NCBI GenBank assembly: GCA_964016885.1
Contig: OZ024746.1
Location: 95,914,001-95,978,000, forward strand
Direction of reading: 5' to 3'
DNA from: Eledone cirrhosa
Taxonomy: Eukaryota
DNA length: 64,000 bases
The position numbers and the translations under genes are program-made. This document shows, piece by piece, positions 23,178 through 34,924 of the stretch. How positions within the stretch are numbered: the stretch's first letter is position 1; every line of letters starts with the position of its first letter. Below the pieces are notes generated by a model that was not told where the DNA came from, did not search any database, and saw only the letters and a list, made by a program, of their open reading frames with translations.

Positions 23178-24536
23178 GTTTGTTACTATCTCATTACTAG
23201 ATATTTAGAGTTATACCAAAATAATCATTTATTTTGAAATGTAGTCATCCTAATACAGATGACTATAATAATAGTCAATCATTATAATTAACTCTGGTCA
23301 ACACACTTTGTGCTGATTTAGGTTTTGTTGTTGTTTTTAGCTAATTTTGAGGTGTTGATTTCAAACATGGCATCTATTTCCCCCTAACACATCAGGTTTT
23401 TATTCTGTAACACATCCCTATTTTATTATCTACTATATAAATAATTGTTTCTACTTTTGGCGCAAGGCCAGCAATTACCCCAGTGCATTACTGGTACTTT
23501 ATTTTATTGACCCACTAAGGATGAAAGGGTAAAGTTAACCTTGGCGGCATTTGAACTCAGAATGGAAAGGGCCGTAACTCTATGCATCAAAACATGGCGT
23601 CCGACCCTCTACCGATACTGCCAATTCACCGCCCTATAATATCTACTATATAAATAATAGAATTTACTTAGGATGGATTACTAAGTCTTATAGCTAGGAA
23701 CCATAAGTTATAATGTCAATAGAATCTGGTATGATAGATGAAATATAAGATAACATCACCTTTTATTAAATATATCTTGTTAATTCTCAAATAAAATGGA
23801 TAAAACATAAACAATTGTACACTAACCAACATTATAATCAATCAATGAAATTGATCAACCAGATCCCAGACATTCACCTACCCAGTAGAGTGGAACTCGT
23901 CAATTCAGACCAAGGAAACAATATTTCCATTGGTCTTTTCATTACTGATACTATCTACCAGTTGCAACTCCTGGCAGAAAGAGTAACATGAAATAAAGTG
24001 TCTTGCTCAAGGACATAATGCATCACCCAGTCCAGGAAGCCACATGCCATGCACCTTCCCTATAAATAATATTTGAAAACATTAGGTAATGTACCCCTGG
24101 GGAGACAAGAAAGTAAACAGTGTTTGTTATAAGTTTGGCATTTCATAATATTTGTCATGGTCATTTTCAGATCATTGTATTTCCTATCACCTTCTCTCTC
24201 TATATATATACACACACATCATCATCATTATCATCATCACTTAACACATAGTCTCCTTGCTAACAAGGATTTTAATTAATTTCATATATATATGTGTGTA
24301 TATAAAGGGTAAAGAACCCCTTCAGTCACAAATGACCAAGGGATTTGCACCTAGAAAGTTCTCCCCCAAGGTCCACTTATAAAGTGAATGCTTTAAAACA
24401 GCATCCTCCACTTTTTTTCTCAAAGACATCACATCCATACTTGATGATCTTTCTCCATAATGAACGGCCTTCAGCCAATCTCTCCCAGTTCTCCATATCA
24501 ATCTTCATACATATACACACACAGACACACACTTAC

Positions 24537-24585
<49 letters not shown>

Positions 24586-24676
24586 TAGATTATTACTGGT
24601 GGTCGTAATGATAAGGATTAAGTAATGAAAAATAGCCGAGATGTAATCAATATTTTTTTGTTTTGGTTTCTTTCAG

Positions 24677-24827
24677 GCGTCGGAGACAAAGACGGAGAGA
24701 ATCCTCTTCTGGGACACAACCAGATTCCATAGTTTCCTGGATACCTCAACATCACTTCTTTAATGATGACAGAGAGCCTCATTATTTCAGGAGCACAAAG
24801 CAAACTTTACACTCAGATCCTTGGGAG
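24677..24827 (+). CDS. Mucin-like gene exon 12 (stop-transfer and cytoplasmic tail)
   Basis: tttcag/gtaagt. RRRRQRRRESSSGTQ...SDPWE, a basic cluster directly after the TM helix. Confidence 0.88.
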
Positions 24828-25416
24828 GTAAGTAACTGATGGAATAGCCCTCCATTGAGTTCAACAATGAGTGTTGTTCAATGAAGGGACCAGCTTGCTC
24901 ATGAAATTAACCCTTTAGCATTTAAACCGACTGTATCCAGCCAGAATTCTTTCATCTCTTTCTGTTCAAACTAGCCATAACCAGCCACTCATACTGATGT
25001 TAAGGTATTCTTCTCAAAATAAATAATATCGAAATCTCATAGATTCAATATTATGTGAGGTAAAGCCCTTATCGTGAAAATACAATAGTAAATATAGAGT
25101 AATGTAAATGCTAAAGGGTTAATTAAATATATCAACCCCCAGTACTTTGTCAAATGATTATTTTTTTCAGCCTTTGAGAAGGGTGAAAGGAACAGTCAAC
25201 AGATTGTGAAGGGAAGCAACTGATATAGATAAAAATATTAGGGGATTTTTTTCATGAGTGCACCACATTTTTACCATTCCATGCTGATAACATCTATCAT
25301 CACCATGACTAACAATTTATGTCTGTTCAACTTACCAGTGTATGTCTGACAACTACATTGATATATATAAATACACACATATACACACACACATACATGC
25401 ACACATATATATATAT

Positions 25417-25452
<36 letters not shown>

Positions 25453-26100
25453 TCATTTATGTTTTGTGGTTCACCAATGAATAGAACTGATCATTCTGTT
25501 TAGTTAATCATGATGTAATAGTAGAAAAAGCACTCTGCATTATGCAACTCATCTATCATCGATGTTGAATCCTGTTGATGCAGGAATGGAGTTAAATATG
25601 AATTTGATTAAAGTAACAGGAGGCTAAGTTATGCTTCCAGCACCATGACTTAGCACATTTACCAATTCCGGACCTGTCCATTGTTATATACCTCCGAAGA
25701 AGAGATTTTATCTCGAAATATCACGACAGATAAATAAACAAGGTGGGTGACAGGTGGATTGTCTCTCTGTAGACCACAGCAACTGATCTCTGTCCTCTGA
25801 GACATTTTTTCCCATTGCTGTCTTTGACAGTACTTGGCTGTTTTAACTGCTGTTCTAGAAATGAGTTTTCTTATTTTTATATGTATTCAAATATGAGTGA
25901 CCACTTACAGCCAGTTTGAACAGAAAGAGGTGAGAGAATTCTGGCCAGATACAGTTGGTTTAAATGCTAAAGGGTTAAATCCCTTAAAGTGATGCTACAG
26001 CATGGTCACAGTCAAATAACTGAAGCCAGTTAAAGCGTGTTACATTTCAATTAACTATTTTTGTTTGGTTTTCTTCAAATTAAGATATTTTCTTCCACAG

Positions 26101-26256
26101 ACGGTGAGGACAAGCAGCAGTGATGGCCCAGCATTTTTCACTGAAGGTATTCCTGCATTTTTCTCTTCGAGTATTCGTGGACTCAATGGAACAAAGCTTA
26201 GTGATTGGAGTCCAGGTGCTTTACAAGTCAACCTTCGCGAAGACATGACTGTTTGA
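26101..26256 (+). CDS. Mucin-like gene exon 13 (stop-containing)
   Basis: ccacag acceptor, phase 0. TVRTSSSDG...NLREDMTV then TGA TAG. The other two frames are closed. Confidence 0.75.
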   Translation, partial: TVRTSSSDGPAFFTEGIPAFFSSSIRGLNGTKLSDWSPGALQVNLREDMTV

Positions 26257-27961
26257 TAGGTAAATTCTTTGCCTTAGTGCATGCAAGCTAACTACCATGA
26301 TGTTTTGGTTGTTGAACAAGAGACCTTGGTACTTTTCAAGCCAATCTCCTTAAAGTTGTTTTGGCTCTTCGATTGGTTCTCACAGGTAAATTTTAAGTCA
26401 GCTTCCAATGAAAATATTTTGGTGAGTTGGCCAAGTGTATGTCAGCTTCCATGAAGATGACTTCACAATTTGACAGTTGTTTTTTAACTACATTTATGTG
26501 ACAATGTTTTTTGGAGTTTATTTTGTTTATTTTTGTTTTTTGCTTACCCCTTTCATTACCATATTTCTATTGAAACACACTGCCTGCACTTTTTCAATAA
26601 ATTTTTGCAAATATTCAAGAATTTGGAGAGACTTGGTCCAACTAACATTTTCATTATGAAGGTTGTGTTTGGAACATAACTTAACAAAGGTCCTTACATA
26701 AAATTATGATCGAAAATTTTTAGATAAATATAATCATTTTAAAATGAGCATTTGTGTAACATGAAACCTGAGCCAGTTCCAGGCAGTTTGGTATGAAAAA
26801 GGGTTAACTGCAGAAAGACAAATAAACAAACAATACAGAATATATGACAGGAGATTCTTGTATTTTTAGCAGGAGTTACTGATGTATAATATTGTTTTAC
26901 CATATTCTGCAATGTCACATTTCTAGAGCTCAACTGTCAATGAGGTTTCCTATACTTCACTGTCTTATGAGGCACAAAGTTTGACTGTTGCTAAACTGTC
27001 CACATTGAAAGAACAAATAAATAAAACTACAAAACAGGGAAAGAAAGATGGTGGCAATGAACTTGTGTTTTGCTTCTACAGTGATAGGACTCTCCGCGTA
27101 GCTCAGAGGGAGATGAAGAAACTGATTGCATAAAAAGTAAAAGTACAGATCCATTGTACTTTAATTATTACAAACATGAAACTTAATGAGTGAAAATAAT
27201 CCCAAATCTTGAATTTGAATTAATTTAGTTTTACAGCAAGAATCACTGAATGTTCACCAGGAATGTATGCATGTTATACCATATGCATACCCAATATGGC
27301 TGTAACAACATTCTTGTCATTATGAAATATAATCACTCTTTTTCTTATATTTTAATGGTAAAAATGTTTAAAGAAATGAAACAAAAACAACAATGAACCC
27401 ATATGTGATAACTTTTCTTCAATACAAATGAGAAAGAAGAAAGAAGAAAATACAAATTATATTTCTGATGTTGAGAAGTAAAAGGAGATGTAATATATAA
27501 AAAACAAAATGGAGTTCATTAATATTTTATTATATTCAGACTCACTTCAGAAATATTTTCTTATATCGTGTTCATCCGAATAAAATAATCTAATTATGAC
27601 TGACTTTCTAAAGCACAAAGAAGCGAGGAAGAAAGCCTCAAGGAATAAAACATATATATATATATATATATATTTATGTATATATATATATATATTTATG
27701 TATATATATATATATATTTATGTATATATATATATATATTTATGTATATATATATACATATCGTGTGTATCCCGGTTTTTAAAATAGGTACACTGCATCC
27801 CTGCATGTCATAAAAGGCGACTAAAAGGGTTGGCACCAGGAAGGATATCTGGCCGTAAAACAATGCCTTCAAAGATACTGTCCAATCCATGCTCCCATGG
27901 ACATGTGGACATAAAAATGATGATATTATATATATATATATATATATATGTGTGTATATAT

Positions 27962-28170
27962 ATAGGAAAATGTTTAGCCCCGACGGCAGAGCTCAAGCCG
28001 TTTCGACGGCTATTTCTGGACTCAAGTAAAAGTCCAGAAATAGCCGTCGAGACGGCTTGAATTCTGCCGTCGGGGTTAAACATTTTCCTATTACCCACTC
28101 TACTACCCTAAGTATTGAGTACTCTGGTGCGTTATGGTTCATCTGGTTCCTTACCACACCTCCTTCGTTT
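27962..28170 (+). mobile_element. Penelope-like LTR remnant with about 60-bp inverted arms
   Basis: Arms 27962-28022 and 28031-28091. Same family at 38707-38847 (-) and 16800-16885. Confidence 0.55.
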
Positions 28171-28185
28171 ATATATATATATATG

Positions 28186-28235
<50 letters not shown>

Positions 28236-28330
28236 AGTTGTAGTTTGCTTGAAGCATTGTGGAATATATAATACAAAATAAACTAGGAAATAACCAAACT
28301 TATTTCCTAGTTGTATTTGTATTATATATA

Positions 28331-28510
28331 TACAGTGAAATTCTGTTATAACAAAATTCACGGGGTATAAAAAAAATTTGTTGTAATGAAAAATTCTTTA
28401 TAATGAGATCAACTGAAACACATTGAACTTGTGGGCAGGGATTGAAAAAAACTTTGTTATATTGAAAAATTTGTTACAATTGTATTCGTTATAACAGAAT
28501 TTTACCTGTA
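28331..28510. mobile_element. pogo/Tc1-mariner-like MITE
   Basis: TA-CAGTGAAATTCTGTTATAAC...GTTATAACAGAATTTTACCTG-TA. A split copy lies at about 2960-3720. Confidence 0.7.
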
Positions 28511-30367
28511 TATATACATATGTATATATATATACATATACATATATATATATAAAAGTATATTCATCAAACTCTTATTAAATGAACTTTGTTTTTCTAC
28601 TAATATCAAATTAGTGTTAATTAACAAAAAAAAAAGTTTAAAATTCACCTGCTAAATGGAATCAAATTCTCCACTACAAATGAAGGTAGAGAAATCTATC
28701 TACCTGTACCTGCTGGGTAGGTCATATTTTATTATGTTACTGGCTATGTAATATGTTATTTTGATCCAAGAAATATGTGAGTTAACTCATTATATAAATA
28801 CTGTATAACACATTATCTTCTTTAGTTGAGTCACACTTTCAAATGAGATTCAGTAATGTGTAGCACTGGATGTCATCGATTAACTACAATATATAAACAC
28901 AGTGCTTGTGAGGGTACTTGGCTATTCCAGCACCTTAGTCTCACTATCACCTGCAGCATTGCAGTGAGTGACTTGGCTTACCACAATGTATTCCCTGTTC
29001 TAGTGTGTAATTGAATGTGTGTACCATCTATTGCATTTTTTTCCCTAACAAATTTTATTCATTTTATTTTATTTTTTAATTCATACAGATTGTATAAATT
29101 GTGTTTATATCAGCAAATTATTCTAGATAATGCTTAATTACTTAATTTTCAAGTATTTGCATACATACTTCAACACATGCATACACACACACATATATAT
29201 GTATGTGTATATATGCACTTACTCATACACTAATGTATATATAGACATTTATACAGAGCTGGTGTATGAGCAGTTAGTGCCCTAAGGTAGCTCTACAATG
29301 TGTGACCCATTCTACCAAATAAAATAATTTTAACATACAATTTGGTAAGCTGACAAACCTAGTTTTTGACACTATTTGCTCGGACCACACTAAGAAAATC
29401 AGTAAGTTGACACTTATGCAAGCCAAATCCTGTGACGATTTATAACCCTATATAACCCTCAACGCTGTCTTGGATATTTCAACAACGCTGCTGTGCGGCA
29501 AAGTTGTTCATCGATTTATCAATTGATTGCAGGAAATGATTATATATTTAATTATACAAATTTGTATGAAAATGTGATCTTTTAACCCTTTAGCATTTAC
29601 ATTACCCTATATTTACTATTGTATTTTCATAGTAAAGGCTTTATCTCACATAATATCGAATCTATGAGATTTTGTTGTTATTTATTTTGAGAACAATATC
29701 TTAACATAAGTATGAGCAGCCAGAGTTGTGGCCAGTTTGAATAGAAAGAGGTGAGATAATTCTGACTGGATATGGCTGGTTTAAATACTAAAGAGTTAAG
29801 GTTCAGTAAATACACATATGCATATACATGCACTTACTCATAAACTAATATATACATACACATTCATACATAATATATTATTGTCCCTATTGTAGAGAAC
29901 TGGAAACTTATACTAGTTTCGGAGAGAAAATATATAAATGACAAAATCCTAAGAAAATTTTATATATTCTAATGGCGATTTAATTTTTTGTTTTTTTTAC
30001 AAAATATCTTTTTGCCAGTATTGGTTGGGCATTGGACAACATGCTTTGTGGTATAGAGTTACGACCCTTTGCGTTCTGAGTTCAAATCCCGCCATGGTTA
30101 GCTTTGCCTTTCAATCTTACAATATCAATAAATAAAGCACCAGAAATACACTGGAGTCGGTTTAATCGACTTTCCCCTCCCCGCAAATTTGTTGGCCTTT
30201 TGCCTAAATCAGAAATCATTATTATTTTATCAACTGATTTGTATAAATTTTCTTTAGTTGTTATGGGTTGAAATGGATCTTCTGAATTGGACTATTTACA
30301 TCAATTAATTAAATGTCTTTGTTACCACTATTTGACTTTTCAGCTGTGAAGTACGCCTGAAATACTT

Positions 30368-30703
30368 GAACCCTTTTGATACCAAACGTCTCAGGAAATA
30401 CTCTACCTATGATTTTCAATTAATTTTGAAAATAATGAGAATTTTGAGGTATTTAGTAATATAGCTAACTTTTTCATTATTAAGCTTGAGCTTGAAGCAT
30501 AACTGAACAAAGATTCTCACATAAATTCATGATGGAAGGTTTTAGATAAATATAAACACTTTAGGAGAGCTGGACAGCAGAATAAGTGAGTGTTTCAGCC
30601 TTTAATTTCTAAGGTTTTAGATTAATATAAACTCTTTAAAATAAAAAGCTTTATATTGTTTAAACAAGGATGATTTCATGCAGTTTGGTATCAGAAGGGT
30701 TAA
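30368..30703. mobile_element. Second piggyBac-like MITE family
   Basis: TIR CCCTTTTGATACCAAAC / GTTTGGTATCAGAAGGG-TTAA. Confidence 0.7.
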
Positions 30704-31082
30704 GAAAAAGGCAACTGGTATAAACCAGTACATTACAACAATAAGATAAACTTTCTCATCAAAACAAAACATATTTTCGCTTTATAAACTTTGTAAATAT
30801 GAAAGAAAGCAAACATGTTTAAAGAAAGGTTCTTAAAATGCTATATCTGTAGACATATTGGAACAAAAGTTAGATATTCACTTACAAAATAAGACAACAA
30901 CAAAACAACCAAAAGCAACACAATTATTCTTGTATTTCAATTGAAATGTATCTAGAAGTTTCAGAAGACATCAATATTATAATAAAACAATATTTTACAT
31001 GTATTTTTTTAATAAAGAGAAATAATTGTATTGATGAATATATTAAGAAATAGTTATCTTTTTGTCATTTAAAAAAAAGACT

Positions 31083-31235
31083 CATTGTAATTGATAATTT
31101 GATAATAAACATTGTAATTGATAATTTGATAATAAACATTGTAATTGTAAATTTGAAAATAAACATTGTAATTGTAAATTTGAAAATAAACATTGTAATT
31201 GTAAATTGAAAATAAACATTGTAAATTGTATTGAT
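31083..31235. repeat. 27-bp AT-rich tandem repeat
   Basis: CATTGTAATTGTAAATTTGAAAATAAA, about 5 copies. Confidence 0.85.
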
Positions 31236-31351
31236 AAAGAAAATATATTTCATCTAAATAAAGTACATAACTTATATATATTGTTTCTTCTTATTTAATT
31301 GAAACAACTTTCAGTTTTGAGTGACTGATGATCCCATCACTTCAACATCAA

Positions 31352-31950
31352 TTTTTTTTTTTTTTTTTTTTAAACACTTTAGCCTTTATTGTGTTGTATC
31401 AGATGAAAGAATGGTATTTAACTAATGTATTGGTACGCGATGGGGGCCCACCCACAGCCCCGGTGGTCAGAATGGAGAAGGCGTTTCCCTGGAGGACGGC
31501 AAGGGAGACGCGCTGGAAAAGCCACACCAACTCGCGGGGCTCACAGCTGCAGCCGGCCAGCTCAGCACCTATGGTGGTGAGTAAGGAGGTAGCCCTGGGG
31601 CCGAGGACACCAGAAGTCTCCACTGCCAGGGGAATGGCCGCAAACCTGTCGGAGAGCGACCGGTATTTGAGGAGTTTGGCCCCTTCAGCCCGACGTGCAG
31701 CAGAACTTGGGTCAGTCGCAGACTGCACCAGGTTGCAACTGGAGAAAGTGTCGGTGCAAGTGGCATCCCAGACGAGGGGTTTGCCACCGCGGAACGGGAA
31801 GATGGTCATGCCATCTGGCCTTTTGCCGTCCCCTCGATCCAGCCCCACCGGCTCGAGCTGGGAAGAGAAGCCTGCAGCGTCCAAGCCATGCTTAATGACC
31901 TCGTTGAGGGCAGCATGGCGTGGAATGCAGCCGGCACTGTGGTGACAGGA
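31352..31950 (-). mobile_element. CRE-clade non-LTR retrotransposon 3' end (REL endonuclease) with poly(A) tail
   Basis: HAALNEVI...EPVGLDRGDGKRPDG..FPF..GKPLVWDAT..DT...AE..K..KY...P.AVETSG...LFQRVSLA..QGNA, then AATAAA and poly(A). Relics at 1657-2025, 18735-19110, 36583-36830, 37100-37345, 53050-53100, 63000-63160. Confidence 0.85.
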
Positions 31951-33839
31951 AAGAGTCCACAGTGGAACCGCAGCGACATTGGTGTGGCTGGCAGATCTGG
32001 AGGCCGAGCCTCAGGGAAACGCCGATTCGCTAGATAGGATTGTTGAGATGACATCATGATATACATCTAGGCCATTTCACACCTGGCAGTAGGGCGGTGA
32101 ATTGGCAGTATCGGTAGATAGTCGGACACCGTGTATCGGTAGAGAGTTGGACTCCATGCTTTGCAGCATAGAGTTACGGTCCTTTATGATCTGAGTTCAA
32201 ATCCCATGAAGGTTAACTTTGCCTTTCATCCTTATGGGGTTGATAAAATAAAGTACCAGTTACGGACTGGGGTCGATTTAATCGACTTTCCCCTCCCCCA
32301 AAATTGCTAGCCGTGTGCCTATATAAGAAGCCATTTTGTACCTGGCAGTACCTGTCTCTTTTCAGCTGTGACCACAGCTGGTTTCTGAGACAAAAGGGGA
32401 AAGAGAGAGAAAGAGAATTGACAATTGACGCCAGTACTGGACTTGTATTCCATTGAACCCATATTCGCAGTGCTGGAGACATAATAGAATACTCCCAGTC
32501 TCAGTACATTCTGTAAAGTGTCTGGCATTATGAAGGGCATCCAGCTGTAGATACCAAGTCAAAAATGGAGCATATAAGCAAGATGTTATCACCTGACCAG
32601 TTTGGCCTCAGTACAGGACAACCCATCTAACCCATGCAAGTGTGGAAAATAGACATTAAAGGGCGGCAATGATGGTGGTGATGTTGGTGATGGTGGTGAT
32701 GATGATGATGGCCTTTGCGGTATTTGAACTCAGAATGCACAGAGTCAGACTGAAAACCACAGTAAGTCATGGTCCAAAGGATCCTAACTGTGTAATGAGC
32801 TCCTCCAAAATATTAGAAAGTTGTATGCAATACCATAGCTAGGGGGTTATTCACCTTGGGTGGCTCTTTTAGGGGTGGGCAGTGTTTTTGGTCTACTGCA
32901 TTGTACTTTTCATGAAGGATGAAAGTCATCATCACCGTCATCATCATCATCATCATTTAATGTTAGCTTTCCCCTACTTTTCATTTACAGACCAAGCCAG
33001 TACTTATAGAGCTACTAACCACCATTACCATTTACATTACTCTATATATACTATTGTATTTTCGTGGTAAAGGCTTTACCTCACATAATATTGAATCTAT
33101 AAGATTTGGATATTTATTTTGAAAAAAATACCTTAACATCAGTATGAGCGGCCAGTTACAGCTGGTTTGAACAGAAAGAGGTGAGATAATTCTGGCTTGA
33201 TATGGCCAGTTTAAATGCTAAAGGGTTATCAGACTGGGGTATCACATCTCATTCAGCTATCTTCTATTTTGGCATGGTTCCTACAACTGGATACCCTTGT
33301 TAATGGCAACTATTTTACAGAATGTACTGGGTGAGTTTTATTATGGCAGTAGCACTGTATAAGTTGTCCTTGACACAAATGAAAAGTTTTCCCTATTCTT
33401 TTAACATAATTTTTACAGCTAGATGCTCTTCCTAGGGTGTATAGGGTATGTATTTTATAATGGCACTAGCACTATGAAGGGTATCACATCATTTTGATAC
33501 ATCCTTTTGACATGAATTCTACAGTTGGATGCCCTTCTTAATGCTACCCACTTTACTGAGTGTACTGGCTTTACTTTACAGTGGCACTCAGAAAGTTATA
33601 ATGTCCTTGACACAACTGAAGATGACTCTCTGCTTGGCTTGGTTTCTACAGCTGGATGCCATTCCTAATGCCAACCACTTTAAGGAATGTACTGGGTGCA
33701 TTTTACCATGGGGTGTGGAGGCAGGCAACCGACCCATACATCTGAGCTGCCTACATGCGGAGTTGAGATTGCAGCTTCCACTCCATCTAGTATCTATTGG
33801 TTCACCCCTTCTCCATCACTATAGGACCTTCAATAACAA

Positions 33840-34600
33840 TAACTTCTAATGCAGAGGAGCAGTTCACATACTTGAGAAGCGTCATTATCAACGAGGACAT
33901 TAACAACTACATTGCCAAGGCCAGCAGCTCATTCGGATGCTTGCAGAAACGTGTATGGCAGAACCATTTTCTACGTCTCACCATAAAGACCAGTCTACAG
34001 AGCTACTGTAATCACTGCTCTCTTCTACGGAGCTGAAAGCTGGGTCCTGTACCAGAAGCAGATCAAGCTACTGGAAAGATTCAATCAGCGATGGCTTCAC
34101 TCCATCATGGGCACCCATTGGCAGGACTATGTAACAAACGAGGAAGTTCTCAAGAGGTCTGATATCACAAACATTGAGAGCATGATGATGCTGAGACAGC
34201 TCAGCTGGGCAGGCCGTGTCTCTTGGATGGACAACTCTAGGATGCCAAAGCCACTTATCTACAGTGAACTATGTCAAGGCAATCGAAACCAAAGGGACCC
34301 CCGAAAACGACTCAGGGACTAACTCAAATGCCAGCTGATCCAAGGTAATATTAATCACAAGGAATGGGAACACTTAGCAGAAGACAGAAAAATGGAGACT
34401 GACCATCAGAACAGCTATAGTCAGCTTTGAGAAGGGCAGGTAGGCAGCAGCTGAAGACAAACACCAAAGAAGAAAGCTATCCACCACCCAAACACCAACT
34501 GACTAAGTACACACTTGCCCGAACTGTACTAGAGCTTGTGGGTCCAGGAATGGCTTCTACAGCCATCTCAGGGTGTGCCAACGCACAGAACAGGACAACA
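33840..34600 (+). mobile_element. RTE (BovB-like) LINE 3' fragment
   Basis: FTYL...IAKASSSFG.LQKRVW...LLYGAESW...RQLSWAG...MPK..YSEL..G.R, plus a C-terminal C..C...H zinc motif. Confidence 0.82.
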
Positions 34601-34708
34601 AATGGAAATACAATTTCCATTACATATAATGGTAAATTTATAGAACACCTCAGAGATCTTTCTACTACATATAGCTTCTCGCTACAACAATTTCTATACT
34701 CTTCATTT

Positions 34709-34924
<216 letters not shown>

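Noticed and set aside
25694-25730. Hammerhead-like CCGAAGA-stem-GAAA
   Set aside because: There is no stem III/NUH or stem I, so it is at best a decayed relic. The same applies to about 51668-51700 and 15283-15300.
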